DNA from: Pseudomonadota bacterium
GTDB taxonomy: Bacteria > Pseudomonadota > Gammaproteobacteria > Steroidobacterales > Steroidobacteraceae
Direction: 5' to 3'
Assembly: GCA_037200665.1 (NCBI GenBank)
Contig: JBBCGD010000002.1
Location: 252,161 to 316,160 of the forward strand
DNA length: 64,000 bases
Below are positions 21,519 through 32,099 of the stretch, in pieces. Each line of letters begins with the position of its first letter. Position 1 is the stretch's first letter. Under the pieces are notes generated by a model, which saw only the letters and a program-made list of their open reading frames with translations, was not told the DNA's origin and searched no databases. The position numbers were made by a program, and so were the translations under genes.

Positions 21519-22609
21519 GTGCACCTCCGGTGATGATCATGGCGGGCGGCACCGGCGGACATGTATTTCCGGCGCTGGCACTGGCGCGGCTGCTGCGCGC
21601 ACAACAGCGCGAAGTGATCTGGCTGGGCACGCGTCGCGGCCTCGAAGCGCGCGTGGTGCCGGCCGATGGGTTTCCGATCGAATGGCTGTCCGTCGGCGGG
21701 CTGCGTGGCAAGAGCGCGCTCACGCTGCTGGCGGCGCCGTTCAAGGTGCTGCGCGCGTCGTGGCAGGCGCTGGTCATCATGCGGCGGCATCGTCCGTCGG
21801 TGGTCGTGGGCCTCGGGGGCTTCGTCACGGGTCCGGGTGGTGTGGCTGCATGGCTGATGCGTCGTCCGCTGCTGGTGCATGAGCAGAACGCGGTGGCCGG
21901 CTTCACCAACCGTTGCCTTGCGCCGCTGGCGCGAGAAGTGCTCACCGCGTTTCCCGCGGCTTTTGCCGGCAAGCCGCGCGTGCGCATGATCGGCAATCCG
22001 GTGCGGGCGGATATCGCGGCGCTGGCCGCGCCGGCGCAGCGCTTCGCGCAGCATGATGGCGAGCTGCGCCTGCTGGTGATCGGCGGCAGCCTCGGTGCAC
22101 GCCGCCTCAATGAAGTGGTGCCGCAGGCATTGGCATTGCTGGCGAAGGGTGCAAGCGCAGCGCGCTTCAACGTGCGCCACCAGGCCGGCGAGAAGCTCAT
22201 CGATGCCGCACGTGCCGCGTATGCGCAGGCCGGTGCCGTCGGTGAAGTCTCGCCATTCATCGCCGACATGGCCGAAGCATTGGCCTGGGCCGATCTCGTC
22301 GTGTGCCGGGCCGGCGCGCTGACCATCGCAGAACTCGCTGCGGCCGGCATCGGCTCCGTGCTCGTGCCCTTCCCGCACGCGGTGGATGACCACCAGACTT
22401 TCAATGCGCAGTACCTGGTCGAAGCTGGCGCCGCGCGCTGCTTCGCCGACAGTGCGCTGACGCCAGCGCTGCTGGCGCAGACACTCACCGAGCTGTGCGC
22501 CACCGGCCGCACCGGCCTGCTGCGTCTCGCCGAGGCCGCGCGCGCGGTGGCGAAGCCGCAGGCTGCCCAGGATCTCCTCGACGCCGTGTTCGCCGCGGAG
22601 GCCGCATGA
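21515..22609 (+). CDS. murG: UDP-GlcNAc:undecaprenyl-PP-MurNAc-pentapeptide GlcNAc transferase
   Basis: ATG at 21515 ([24 protein letters not shown]), the G-loop of MurG. Confidence 0.95.
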   Translation: MSAPPVMIMAGGTGGHVFPALALARLLRAQQREVIWLGTRRGLEARVVPADGFPIEWLSVGGLRGKSALTLLAAPFKVLRASWQALVIMRRHRPSVVVGLGGFVTGPGGVAAWLMRRPLLVHEQNAVAGFTNRCLAPLAREVLTAFPAAFAGKPRVRMIGNPVRADIAALAAPAQRFAQHDGELRLLVIGGSLGARRLNEVVPQALALLAKGASAARFNVRHQAGEKLIDAARAAYAQAGAVGEVSPFIADMAEALAWADLVVCRAGALTIAELAAAGIGSVLVPFPHAVDDHQTFNAQYLVEAGAARCFADSALTPALLAQTLTELCATGRTGLLRLAEAARAVAKPQAAQDLLDAVFAAEAA

Positions 22610-24060
22610 ACGTGGCCGACACGGGAATCATGACCCGCCGTCGCACCGATGGCATGCGCCGTATCAACCGCGTGCACTTCGTTGGCATCGGTGGCAGCGG
22701 CATGGGCGGCATCGCCGAAGTGCTGCTGAACCTCGGCTATGCGGTGCAGGGCTCGGACATCAAGCCCAACGGCGTGACGCAGCACCTGGTGAAGCTGGGC
22801 GCGCGCGTGCTGATCGGCCACCAGGCCTCGAACGTGGAAGGCGTGGATGCGGTGGTCGTCTCCACGGCCATCAGTCGCGACAACCCGGAAGTGGCCGCGG
22901 CCATCGCGGCACGCATCCCGGTGGTGCCGCGCGCGGAGATGCTGGCCGAGCTGATGCGCTTCCGTTACGCCATCGCCGTGGCCGGCACGCATGGCAAGAC
23001 CACGACGACCAGCCTCGTTGCGAGCGTGCTGGCCGAAGGTGGCGAGGATCCCACCTTCGTGATCGGTGGTCGCCTGAAGAGCGCGGGCAGCAATGCGCGC
23101 CTCGGCACCGGCCGCTACCTCGTTGCCGAAGCGGACGAGAGCGATGCCTCGTTCCTGCACCTGCAGCCGATGATGGCCGTGGTCACCAACATCGACAACG
23201 ACCACCTCGGCACGCATGGTGGTGATTTCCAGAAGCTGCGCCAGAGCTTCCTCGAGTTCCTGCACAACCTGCCGTTCTACGGACTCGCCGTGCTGTGCGC
23301 GGACGATGCGGAACTGGCCAAGCTGTTGCCGGACATCGGCAGCCCGGTGCTCACCTATGGCGTCGGCGAACATGCCGACCTGCGCGCCGTGGACATCCAG
23401 CGCGAAGGTCCGCGCACGCGCTTCAAGGCGCTGCGCAAGGGCATGGAGCCGCTCGACATCACGGTGAACCTGGCCGGCATGCACAACGTGCTGAACTCGC
23501 TGGCTGCGATTGCCGTGGCCACCGACATCGGCATCGCCGACAGCGCGATCCAGAAAGCGCTGTCCACTTTCCAGGGCATCGATCGCCGCATGCAGGTGGT
23601 CGGTGAACTCGCGCTGCCCGGCGGGGATGTGACCGTGGTGGATGACTACGGCCACCATCCCACCGAGATCGCCGCGACGCTGGATGCCCTGCGCCAGGCC
23701 TATGCGGGCCGCCGCATCGTGCTGGTGTTCCAGCCGCACCGCTTCACGCGCACGCGCGACCTGATGGATGATTTCTCGCGCGTGCTGGCCACCGCCGACA
23801 CACTCCTGGTCACCGAAGTGTATGCAGCCGGCGAAACGCCCATCGACGGCGCCGATGGTCGTGCCATCTGCCGCGCGGTGCGTGGCCGCGGCAAGGTCGA
23901 GCCGGTGTTCGTGCCCACGGTGGATGAGATCGCCACGGAGCTGGTCGGCATCGTGAAGCCCGGCGACGTGATCGGCATGATGGGCGCTGGCAGCATCACC
24001 GGCGCCGCGCATGAACTGGCGCCGCGACTGAAGTTGCTGCTGGCCGGGGAGGGCGCATGA
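22606..24060 (+). CDS. murC: UDP-N-acetylmuramate--L-alanine ligase
   Basis: ATG at 22606. [23 protein letters not shown] and [10 protein letters not shown] motifs. Confidence 0.95.
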   Translation: MNVADTGIMTRRRTDGMRRINRVHFVGIGGSGMGGIAEVLLNLGYAVQGSDIKPNGVTQHLVKLGARVLIGHQASNVEGVDAVVVSTAISRDNPEVAAAIAARIPVVPRAEMLAELMRFRYAIAVAGTHGKTTTTSLVASVLAEGGEDPTFVIGGRLKSAGSNARLGTGRYLVAEADESDASFLHLQPMMAVVTNIDNDHLGTHGGDFQKLRQSFLEFLHNLPFYGLAVLCADDAELAKLLPDIGSPVLTYGVGEHADLRAVDIQREGPRTRFKALRKGMEPLDITVNLAGMHNVLNSLAAIAVATDIGIADSAIQKALSTFQGIDRRMQVVGELALPGGDVTVVDDYGHHPTEIAATLDALRQAYAGRRIVLVFQPHRFTRTRDLMDDFSRVLATADTLLVTEVYAAGETPIDGADGRAICRAVRGRGKVEPVFVPTVDEIATELVGIVKPGDVIGMMGAGSITGAAHELAPRLKLLLAGEGA

Positions 24061-24947
24061 GCTTCGCCGTGCCCGCCGAATTCGATTCACGCGTGCGTCG
24101 CGCCGAACCGTTGTCGCGCCATACCTCGTGGCATGTGGGCGGCCCGGCTGACATCTTCTTCATGCCGCGCGATCGTGCGGATCTGATCGCCTTCCTCAAG
24201 GCATTGCCCGCTGACGTGCCGCTATTGTGGCTGGGCCTCGGTAGCAACCTGCTGGTGCGCGATGGTGGCGTGCGTGGCGTGGTGATTTCCACGCGCGACG
24301 CGCTGACCGCGCTGGAACGTCGCGATGAGCGCGGCGTGTATGCGGAAGCCGGCCTGCCTTGCGCGAAGCTCGCACGTGCCTGCGCGCGCTGGGATCTGGG
24401 GCCCGCGGAATTCTTCTCCGGCATTCCCGGCACCGTGGGTGGTGCGCTGGCGATGAATGCCGGCGCCTTCCACGGCGAGACCTGGCGGCAGGTGCGCATG
24501 GTGGAAACCATCGATCGCCATGGCGCCGTACGCGCGCGCAATGCCGACGAATACCAGGTGAGCTACCGGCACGTTGAAGCGCCGGTCGAGGGCGAATGGT
24601 TCCTCGCCGCGACCTTCCACTTCGAAGCGGGCTCTTCCGAAGAAGCCACGCGCGCGCTGCTGGAAAAACGCAAGCAGACACAGCCCATCGGCGAATGGAG
24701 TTGCGGCTCGGTGTTCACCAATCCGCCCGGCGACCACGCCGCGCGACTGATCGAAAGCGCTGGTCTCAAGGGGCTGCGCAGCGGCGGCGCGGCGGTTTCC
24801 ACCAAGCACGCCAACTTCATCATCAATGAAGGTTCGGCCTCGGCGCGCGACATCGAAGCGCTGATTGGCGAAGTGCAGCGTGAAGTGGAGCGGCGTCATG
24901 GCCGCAAGCTGACGCCGGAGTGCCGCGTCGTGGGGGACGCGGCATGA
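24057..24947 (+). CDS. murB: UDP-N-acetylenolpyruvoylglucosamine reductase
   Basis: 296 aa. FAD-binding PCMH-type N-terminus ([11 protein letters not shown]...GLGSNLLV) and GSVFTNP. Confidence 0.93.
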   Translation: MSFAVPAEFDSRVRRAEPLSRHTSWHVGGPADIFFMPRDRADLIAFLKALPADVPLLWLGLGSNLLVRDGGVRGVVISTRDALTALERRDERGVYAEAGLPCAKLARACARWDLGPAEFFSGIPGTVGGALAMNAGAFHGETWRQVRMVETIDRHGAVRARNADEYQVSYRHVEAPVEGEWFLAATFHFEAGSSEEATRALLEKRKQTQPIGEWSCGSVFTNPPGDHAARLIESAGLKGLRSGGAAVSTKHANFIINEGSASARDIEALIGEVQREVERRHGRKLTPECRVVGDAA

Positions 24948-24972
24948 AGCACGAGTTGCAATTCATGCGTCG

Positions 24973-25968
24973 GTGCTGGATCGGAGCATCAGCATGAAGC
25001 TCACCCATGATCGCACCCGCATGCGCCGCATCGCCTCGCCGAAGGAATTCGGCAAGGTCGCCGTGCTGTTCGGTGGCAACTCCACCGAGCGTGAAATCTC
25101 GCTGATCTCCGGCAAGGCGGTGCTGGCAGCGCTGCAACGTCGCGGCATCGACGCCACGGCCGTGGATCCGCGCGACGAATCGCTTTCGCAGTTGCCCGCG
25201 AAGGGCTACGACCGCGCCTTCATCGTGCTGCATGGTCCCGGTGGCGAGGACGGCAGCGTGCAGGGCGCGCTGGAGATGATCGGCCTGCCGTACACAGGCA
25301 GCGGCGTGATGGGTTCCGCGCTCGGCATGGACAAGCTGCGCACCAAGCGTCTCGCGGCAGCGCTGGGCGTTGCCACCGCGGACTCCGTGGTGTTGCGCCA
25401 GGTCGCCGACTGCACGCTCGCTCTCGAGCGGCTCGGCCTGCCTTTGATCGTGAAGCCGGCAACGCAGGGTTCCAGCGTCGGCATGAGCAAGGTCAACACG
25501 CGCGAGGAGATGGAACCCGCGTACCGCGCCGCTGCCGCCGTCGACGACACGGTGTTCGCGGAGAAGTGGATCACCGGCGCTGAATACACGGTGGCGGTGT
25601 TGCACCGGCGCGTGCTGCCGGCGATCCGCATCGAAACGGCGAACGCCTTCTACGATTACGAAGCCAAGTACCACCGCAACGATACGAAGTACCACTGCCC
25701 GGCCGGACTGTCGGCGCAGTCCGAGGCGCATCTGGCGAGCCTCGCGCTCGCGGCCTTCGATGCGGTTGGTGCGGAAGGCTGGGGGCGTGCGGATTTCATG
25801 TCCGACCACAGCGGTCGCCCGCTGCTGCTCGAGATCAATACCGTGCCCGGCATGACCGACCACAGCCTGGTGCCCATGGCCGCGCGCGCCGCGGGCATCG
25901 ATTTCGACGAGCTGTGCTGGCAGGTGCTGGAAACCAGCTTCGTACGTGAAGCGCGGGCGGCAGCATGA
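24973..25968 (+). CDS. ddl: D-alanine--D-alanine ligase
   Basis: VAVLFGGNSTEREISLISG, ATP-grasp motifs and LEINTVPGMT. The real start may be the ATG at 24994. Confidence 0.93.
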   Translation: MLDRSISMKLTHDRTRMRRIASPKEFGKVAVLFGGNSTEREISLISGKAVLAALQRRGIDATAVDPRDESLSQLPAKGYDRAFIVLHGPGGEDGSVQGALEMIGLPYTGSGVMGSALGMDKLRTKRLAAALGVATADSVVLRQVADCTLALERLGLPLIVKPATQGSSVGMSKVNTREEMEPAYRAAAAVDDTVFAEKWITGAEYTVAVLHRRVLPAIRIETANAFYDYEAKYHRNDTKYHCPAGLSAQSEAHLASLALAAFDAVGAEGWGRADFMSDHSGRPLLLEINTVPGMTDHSLVPMAARAAGIDFDELCWQVLETSFVREARAAA

Positions 25969-26753
25969 TCTTCAGGCGCAGGAAGTCCGCCGCACGCAAT
26001 CGCTCGAAGGCACAGCGCCCGGGCTGGCTGGCGCGCCTGCCGGCGATTCCGTGGAAGCGCATTGCGCCGACCGGCGCGGTGGTGCTCGGCGTTGTCGCCG
26101 TGCTGCTGGTGTTGCGCATGTCGCTCGACCAGCCCGTGCAGAGAGTGGCGATCTCCGGCCGCTTCCAGCGCGTCCAGCCGCTCGATGTCGAGAAAGCCGT
26201 GCGCGATGCGCTGCATGGTGCCGGCCTCGTGAGCGTGGACCTGCAGCACATCGCCGCTGCGGTGGAAGCCATTCCGTGGGTGGATCGCGCCTCGGTGGCG
26301 CGCAGCTGGCCGCGCGCGCTGCGCGTGCAGGTGGTCGAGCAGAAGCCGGTGGCGCGCTGGGGCGAGGGCGGCCTCGTCAACGTGCGCGGCAAGGTCTTCG
26401 TGCAGGGCGTGCAACACATTCCGGCGGAACTGCCCGAGCTCGTGGGGCCGCAGGGCTTCGAAGCCGAGATGACCGCGCGCTGCCTCGACGTGCAGGCGCG
26501 ACTGGAAAAAAGCGGCATGCGCCTCGCGCGCCTGACCCTCGATGAACGCGGTGCATGGGAGCTGACGCTCGACAACGGCATTTCATTGCGGCTCGGCCGC
26601 CAGGACGTGGATGCGCGCTTCGACCGGTTCATCAGCGCGGCGGCGCGCGTGGTCGTGGCACGCGCAGCGGACATTGCGTACGTGGACATGCGTTACGCCA
26701 CTGGCTTCGCCATTGGTTGGCGCTCAGGTGCAAGCGGGGTGAAGCGTGGCTAA
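25965..26753 (+). CDS. ftsQ: Cell division protein FtsQ
   Basis: 262 aa with a basic N-terminus, one TM helix and a POTRA-like region. Sits between ddl and ftsA. Confidence 0.88.
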   Translation: MIFRRRKSAARNRSKAQRPGWLARLPAIPWKRIAPTGAVVLGVVAVLLVLRMSLDQPVQRVAISGRFQRVQPLDVEKAVRDALHGAGLVSVDLQHIAAAVEAIPWVDRASVARSWPRALRVQVVEQKPVARWGEGGLVNVRGKVFVQGVQHIPAELPELVGPQGFEAEMTARCLDVQARLEKSGMRLARLTLDERGAWELTLDNGISLRLGRQDVDARFDRFISAAARVVVARAADIAYVDMRYATGFAIGWRSGASGVKRG

Positions 26754-27991
26754 GCGCAGTGATCGTTCGTCATTGATCGTGGGGCTGGACATCGGCACGT
26801 CCAAGGTGGTCGCACTGGTCGGCGAGATCGGGGTCGATGGCACCATCGAAGTGGTGGGCCTGGGTTCGCATCCATCACGCGGCCTGAAGAAGGGCGTGGT
26901 GGTGAACATCGAATCCACCGTGCAGTCGATCCAGCGCGCGGTGGAGGAAGCGGAGCTGATGGCGGGCTGCGAGATCCATGCGGTGTTCGCCGGCATCGCG
27001 GGCAGCCATGTGCGCAGCCTGAATTCGCATGGCGTGGTCGCCATCCGTGATCGCGAGGTCACCGAGATCGACGTGGCGCACGTGATCGACGCGGCCAAGG
27101 CCGTGGCCATCCCGGCGGACCAGCGCATCCTGCATGTGCTGCCGCAGGAATACGTCATCGACGGACAGGAAGGCATCCGCGATCCCATCGGCATGTCCGG
27201 CGTGCGCCTGGAGGCGAAGGTGCACATCGTCACCGGTGCGGACAGCGCCGCGCAGAACATCGTCAAGTGCGTGCAGCGTTGCGGGCTGGTCGTCGAAGAC
27301 GTGGTGCTGGAGCAGCTGGCGTCGAGCCACGCGGTGCTTACGGAGGATGAGAAGGAACTGGGCGTGTGCCTGGTCGATATCGGCGGTGGTACCACGGACA
27401 TCGCGGTGTTCTCGCAGGGCGCGATCCGCCACACCGCGGTGATTCCGATTGCCGGCGACCAGGTGACCAACGACATCGCGGTGTCGATGCGCACGCCCAC
27501 GCACTACGCCGAGGACATCAAGGTGCGCTACGCCTGTGCGTTGTCGCAGCTTGCGAACTCCGACGAGAGCATCGAAGTGCCGAGCGTGGGCGATCGTCCC
27601 GCGCGCCGCCTCGCCCGCCAGACGCTGGCCGAAGTGGTGGAGCCTCGTTACGAGGAACTCTTCGGCCTGATCCGCGATGAACTGCGCCGCAGTGGTTTCG
27701 AGGAAGCCATCGCCGCCGGCATCGTGATGACCGGCGGCAGCGCGCGCATGGAAGGCGCCATCGATCTCGCCGAAGAGATTTTCCACATGCCGGTGCGGCT
27801 CGGGCTGCCACACCAGCAACAGGTGGAAGGGGCTCGCCGACGTCGTGCAGAACCCCATCTATTCGACTGCAGTGGGTCTGCTCTTGCACGCGCGTGAAAA
27901 CACGCGTGGCCAGAGCCGGGGACGCAACCTGCCCGGCAACGCGGGAGGTGCGGTGGATCGCATGTGGTCGTGGTTCAAGGGCAATTTCTGA
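26746..27991 (+). pseudogene. ftsA: Cell division protein FtsA, with one apparent +1 indel near the 3' end as read (probably a sequence error)
   Basis: ORF 26746..27897 is FtsA up to ...MPVRLGLPHQQQVEG. Removing one G from the GGGG run at 27829..27832 restores LADVVQNPIYSTAVGLLLHARE...WSWFKGNF and a stop at 27989..27991. Confidence 0.9.
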
Positions 27992-28033
27992 CAGTTCTAT
28001 TTGCATCGTTTTTCTTGAAGTGAGGAGACAGCC

Positions 28034-29261
28034 ATGTTTGAAGTAATGGATGCCTACAGCCAGAACGCTGTAATCAAGGTCATCGGTGTGGGTGGCGGCG
28101 GCGGCAACGCCGTGGCCCACATGGTGGCTTCGGGAATCGAGGGCGTGGAGTTCATGTGCATCAACACCGATGCACAGGCGCTCAAGCACTCGAAGGTGAA
28201 GACTTCGCTGCAGATCGGCAGCGACATCACCAAGGGACTTGGCGCCGGCGCCAACCCGGATGTCGGCCCGCGCGGCCGCGCTGGAAGATCGCGAGCGCCT
28301 GATCGAGATGATCGACGGCACCGACATGCTGTTCATCACCGCCGGCATGGGCGGTGGTACCGGCACGGGTGCGGCGCGGTTGTCGCGCAGCTCGCGAAGG
28401 AAATGGGCGTGCTGACGGTTGCCGTCGTGACGCGTCCCCTTCGAGATGGAAGGTGGCAAGCGTTCGCGCGCCGCCGACAACGGGCATCAGCGAACTGCAG
28501 AAGTACGTCGATTCGCTGATCACCATCCCGAACCAGAAGCTGCTGACGGTGCTCGGTAGTTCCACCACGCTGCTCGATGCCTTCAAGGCTGCGAACCAGG
28601 TGCTGCAGGGCGCAGTGCAGGGCATCGCCGAACTGATCACGCGTCCGGGCCTCGTGAACGTGGACTTCGCCGACGTGCGTACCGTGATGAGCGAGACCGG
28701 CATGGCGATGATGGGCAATGGCTCGGGTCGTGGCGAAGGCCGTGCGCGTGCTGCTGCCGAGGCTGCGGTGTCCTCGCCGTTGCTGGAACACGTCGATCTT
28801 GCGGATGCACACGGCATCCTCGTGAACGTCACCGCCGGCATGGACATGTCGATCGGCGAGTTCCAGGAAGTGGGCAACATCGTCAAGGAGTTCGCTTCCG
28901 ACGAAGCCACCATCGTGATGGGCACCGTGATCGATCCGGAACTGCAGGACGAGATGCGCGTGACGGTAGTGGCCACGGGCCTGAACCGCGTTCGCAGCAG
29001 CAGGTGCGTGGCGGTCGTGGCGGCGAGACCTACCTCAGCTTCCGCGAGCCGATGCGTGAGGCGGCGGCCAGCCGCGAAGCGCCGCGTGGTGCGGTCAAGC
29101 GTCCGGCGCCTTCGCTGGCTCCGGTTGCCACCGACTACGCCGGTCTCGACAAGCCTGCCGTGCAGCGTTATGCCCGCGCCGTTGGCGATGGCGTTGCGCC
29201 CGCACCGATGGATGAGGATCTGCTGGATATCCCGGCTTTCCTGCGTCGCCAGGCTGACTGA
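28034..29261 (+). pseudogene. ftsZ: Cell division GTPase FtsZ, broken by at least 5 single-base indels as read (probably sequence errors)
   Basis: The N-terminus carries VIGVGGGGGNAV. The remaining pieces lie in three frames (ORFs 28034.., 28354.., 29004..), including GGGTGTG (out of frame), NQKLLTVLG..., and the conserved C-terminal [11 protein letters not shown]. Indels fall at or near CCC 28267-9, about 28377, CCCC 28436-9, GGG 28482-4 and about 28990. Confidence 0.9.
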
Positions 29262-29268
29262 CCGAGAC

Positions 29269-29288
29269 GGGGTTCACGGGAACCCCGC
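29269..29288 (+). terminator. GC-rich hairpin just downstream of ftsZ (possible attenuator or terminator; no U-tract)
   Basis: CGGGGTTC-acgg-GAACCCCG is an 8-bp perfect stem starting 8 nt after the ftsZ stop. It is followed by cagagg, not a T-run. Confidence 0.3.
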
Positions 29289-29404
29289 AGAGGACTTCCG
29301 CAACGCGGAGCGGCTCGCTGTCGCCGCCCGCCCGCGCGGCCGTCCCTGTTGTTGATGTGCTACGGTAGCCGTCCTCACCGGCTACCGTAGTCACGCTGTA
29401 CAGG

Positions 29405-30364
29405 ATGTTCGGCCAACGCACGCTCAGGAACCGGATCAGTGCCGCAGGCGTAGGACTGCACAGCGGTACCCGCATCGACATGACGCTGCATCCGGCAGCC
29501 GCCGATACCGGCATCGTCTTCCGTCGCAGCGATCTTTCACCCGGCGTTGATATCCAGGCGCTCGCCACGCATGTGGGCGATACGCGCCTTGGCACCGTGC
29601 TCGACCAGCATGGCGCGCGCGTCTCCACGGTGGAGCACCTGATGTCGGCGCTGGCTGGCCTCGGTGTCGACAACTGCGTGGTCGAGCTCACTGCCGCCGA
29701 AGTGCCGATCATGGATGGCAGCGCCGATCCCTTCGTGTTCCTGCTGCATTCCGCGGGTCTTGCCGAGCAGGACGCGCCGAAGCGCTTCGTGCGCATCCTC
29801 GAGCGCGTGGAAGTGCGCGATGGCGACAAGTGGGCGCGTTTCGATCCGCATGATGGCTTTCGCGTGAATTTCGAGATCGAGTTCGACCATCCGCTGTTCC
29901 GTGGCGGCGTGAGCCGCGCGTCGATGGAATTCTCCACGGTGACCTATCTGAAGGAAGTGGCGCGGGCGCGCACCTTCGGCTTCATGCGCGACCTCGAGAC
30001 CATGCGCCGCCACAACCTGGCTCTGGGCGGCAGCCTCGACAACGCCATCGTGCTCGATGATTCGAAGATGCTGAACACCGAAGGCCTGCGCTATCGCGAC
30101 GAGTTCGTGAAGGCACAAGGTGCTCGATGCCATCGGCGACCTGTACCTGCTCGGCCACGGCGTGATTCGGCGAGTTCAGCGGCTACAAATCCGGCCACGG
30201 CCTGAACAACCGCCTGCTGCGCGAACTGCTGGCGCGGCCGGGCGCCTTCGAGCTGGCGAGTTTTGAATCCGCTGCCGAGCTGCCGATTGCCTACGGCGCC
30301 ATGCGCGATGAGCCGGAAGAGGAAGAGGTGGAAGAGGAAGAGCAGCCCTGGTAGGTAGTTGGTC
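29405..30364 (+). pseudogene. lpxC: UDP-3-O-acyl-GlcNAc deacetylase LpxC, with two apparent 1-bp insertions as read (probably sequence errors)
   Basis: [21 protein letters not shown]... is LpxC up to ...DEFVK. Removing one base near 30112-3 and one near 30168 restores [39 protein letters not shown]... and a stop at 30362..30364. Confidence 0.9.
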
Positions 30365-30611
30365 AGGCAGGCTGCCCGGCGCGCGCGTCTTCGTCCTTTC
30401 CGCGGACAGTGATATTGAGTGAGCGCTGGTCCGGCATCCGGACCTCGATGACATCGCCTTCGCGCAGCGCCAGGGCTTCGACCACTGCCTCGGGCAGCGG
30501 GATGGCGAGGCCGTATCCCCAGCGTGCGATTCGCAGGCTGTTATCCACCGGTCCGTGATTGCGCGACAGCGCATCGAGACGTGCGGCGAGCTGTGCGAGG
30601 CGGGAGCTCAT
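30363..30611 (-). CDS. Small SpoVT/AbrB-fold (MazE/VapB-like antitoxin-type) DNA-binding protein, with no partner gene visible
   Basis: 82 aa ORF. The core IARWGYGLAIPLPEAVVEALALREGDVIEV...LNITV resembles the swapped-hairpin AbrB/MazE motif (WGNSxAVRIPxxxxxxLxLxxGDxVEI). Recognised by pattern only. Confidence 0.5.
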   Translation of the reverse strand: MSSRLAQLAARLDALSRNHGPVDNSLRIARWGYGLAIPLPEAVVEALALREGDVIEVRMPDQRSLNITVRGKDEDARAGQPA

Positions 30612-30677
30612 GGATCGATGCTGGCACGGCGCCGATCGATCCCGGTGCGGATTTCTGGCGCCTTCCTGCAGATTCGC

Positions 30678-31013
30678 CTCAGCGCCCGCTGGCTCCGCGC
30701 GGCGCGAGTTTCACGACGGCGCGCTGTGCCGCCGGGACGAGGCCGGGATGCTCGGCCAGCGCCAGTTTGAGCCGCGCAGCCCAGGCCGCGGACTCGGCGA
30801 ATATGATCAATTCCCCGACCTTCTCCACCACGTCCACGACATGGGGACGCAAGTCCAGCGGCAGCCGTGCGCGCAGCTTCTCAAGGGCTGATTCTCAAAG
30901 GAAATCGATACAGCATTTCCCCGAGTCGCGAGGCGCTGCAATACCGACGCCGCGCTCTGAACTGTGCGGGTGGTACGGTTTCGCGGGTTGTCTCGGGTGG
31001 GCTTCTTGGGCAT
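30678..31013 (-). pseudogene. DUF721 / DciA-like protein, with one apparent frameshift as read
   Basis: My minus-strand translation reads ...LEKLRARLPLDLRPHVVDVVEKVGELIIFAESAAWAARLKLALAEHPGLVPAAQRAVVKLAPRG*. The N-terminus lies in another frame (ORF 30807..31013, MPKKPTRDN...) and the two join near 30890. It matches the DUF721 pattern (target of ...L.L.ADS.AWA.RLR). Divergent from the M23 gene and upstream of secA. Confidence 0.6.
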
Positions 31014-31051
31014 AGTCGATCCGGGCCTACTGGGAACATCAGCCTACCTAA

Positions 31052-31943
31052 ATGAACCTGATCTTTTTCTCCCGGCGTCGCGGCGAGGCCCGTCACCTGC
31101 AGCTCAGTCACCCGCTCGTTCTCGGCGTAGCGGGGCTCATGGGTCTTGCCTTGCTCGGCGCGACCCTTCGCGTTGGGCATGAGCCTGGGTTCGCACGGCA
31201 GCCTGGGTAGCCACGAACCCTTGTCCGAAGTAGCCGCGCTGCGCATGCAGGTGCAGGAACGCGTGGATGCGCTTTCGGTGCGCCTGGCGGACATGAATGC
31301 GCATGTGCTGCGCATGGACGCGCTGGGCAAGCGCCTGACGCAGATGGCCAATATCAGCAGCGGCGAGCTCAATTTCGACGTTGTCCCTGCCGTGGGCGGA
31401 CCGGAAGAAGCGGATGGCACACGCGGTGCCAGCGCCCGGATCCCCGACATCACGCAGAAGATCGACGACCTGCAGCACAAGCTCGAGGTGCGCGACAGCC
31501 AGCTGCTGGCGCTGGAGAACGTGATCCTTTCGCGCAGCCTCAACGAAGCGGTCCGCCCCGATGGCCGGCCCGTGCTCGAAGGCTACATTTCTTCGTATTT
31601 CGGCGGTCGTGCAGATCCTTTCGACGGCCATGAGGCCGTACACAAAGGTGTCGACATTGCCGGACAGCTGGGCGCCGAGGTGCTGGCGGTGGCCACGGGC
31701 GTGGTAACCCGCGCTGGGTCGGTCAGCGGCTACGGCAACCTCATCGAGATCAACCACGGCAATGGCTATGCCACGCGCTACGCCCACAACCAGGAACTGC
31801 TGGTGGCCGTGGGCGATACCGTCACGCGTGGCCAGCCCATCGCGCTGATGGGTTCCACCGGCCGTTCGACCGGCCCGCACGTGCACTTCGAGGTACTGCG
31901 TAACGGCCAGCAGGTCGACCCGCTGTCCTTCATCGATCCTTAA
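31052..31943 (+). pseudogene. M23 family metallopeptidase with an N-terminal TM anchor, one apparent frameshift near 31170 as read
   Basis: ATG at 31052 gives MNLIFFSRRRGEARHLQLSHPLVLGVAGLMGLALLGA... (TM). It then shifts into ORF 31146..31943, which carries HKGVDIAG...GYGNLIEINHGNGYATRYAHN...GSTGRSTGPHVHFEV (the HxxxD and HxH M23 motifs). Confidence 0.85.
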
Positions 31944-32099
31944 GGGATTGACCCTTACCCTGTGCCAGACACGCCTCTCCGCGGGGCAAGACTCCGGCAT
32001 CTAACGTAAAATGCCGGGCTGACCCGCTGGGGGGCTTGCAATGCAGGCTTCCCGCCGCAAGCTTGTCCCATTGCCGCATTCCCGAGGTTCCAAGGGCCC

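Noticed and set aside
21319-24090. 923-aa ORF on the minus strand spanning murG and murC
   Set aside because: This is a shadow ORF of GC-rich coding DNA. Its composition is dominated by Arg/Ala/His/Gly with no recognisable motif. The plus strand encodes complete, strongly conserved MurG and MurC.
30611-30680. A toxin partner for the AbrB/MazE-like ORF
   Set aside because: Only 67 nt separate it from the DUF721 stop on one side, and it overlaps lpxC on the other. No ORF of toxin size exists in any frame there.
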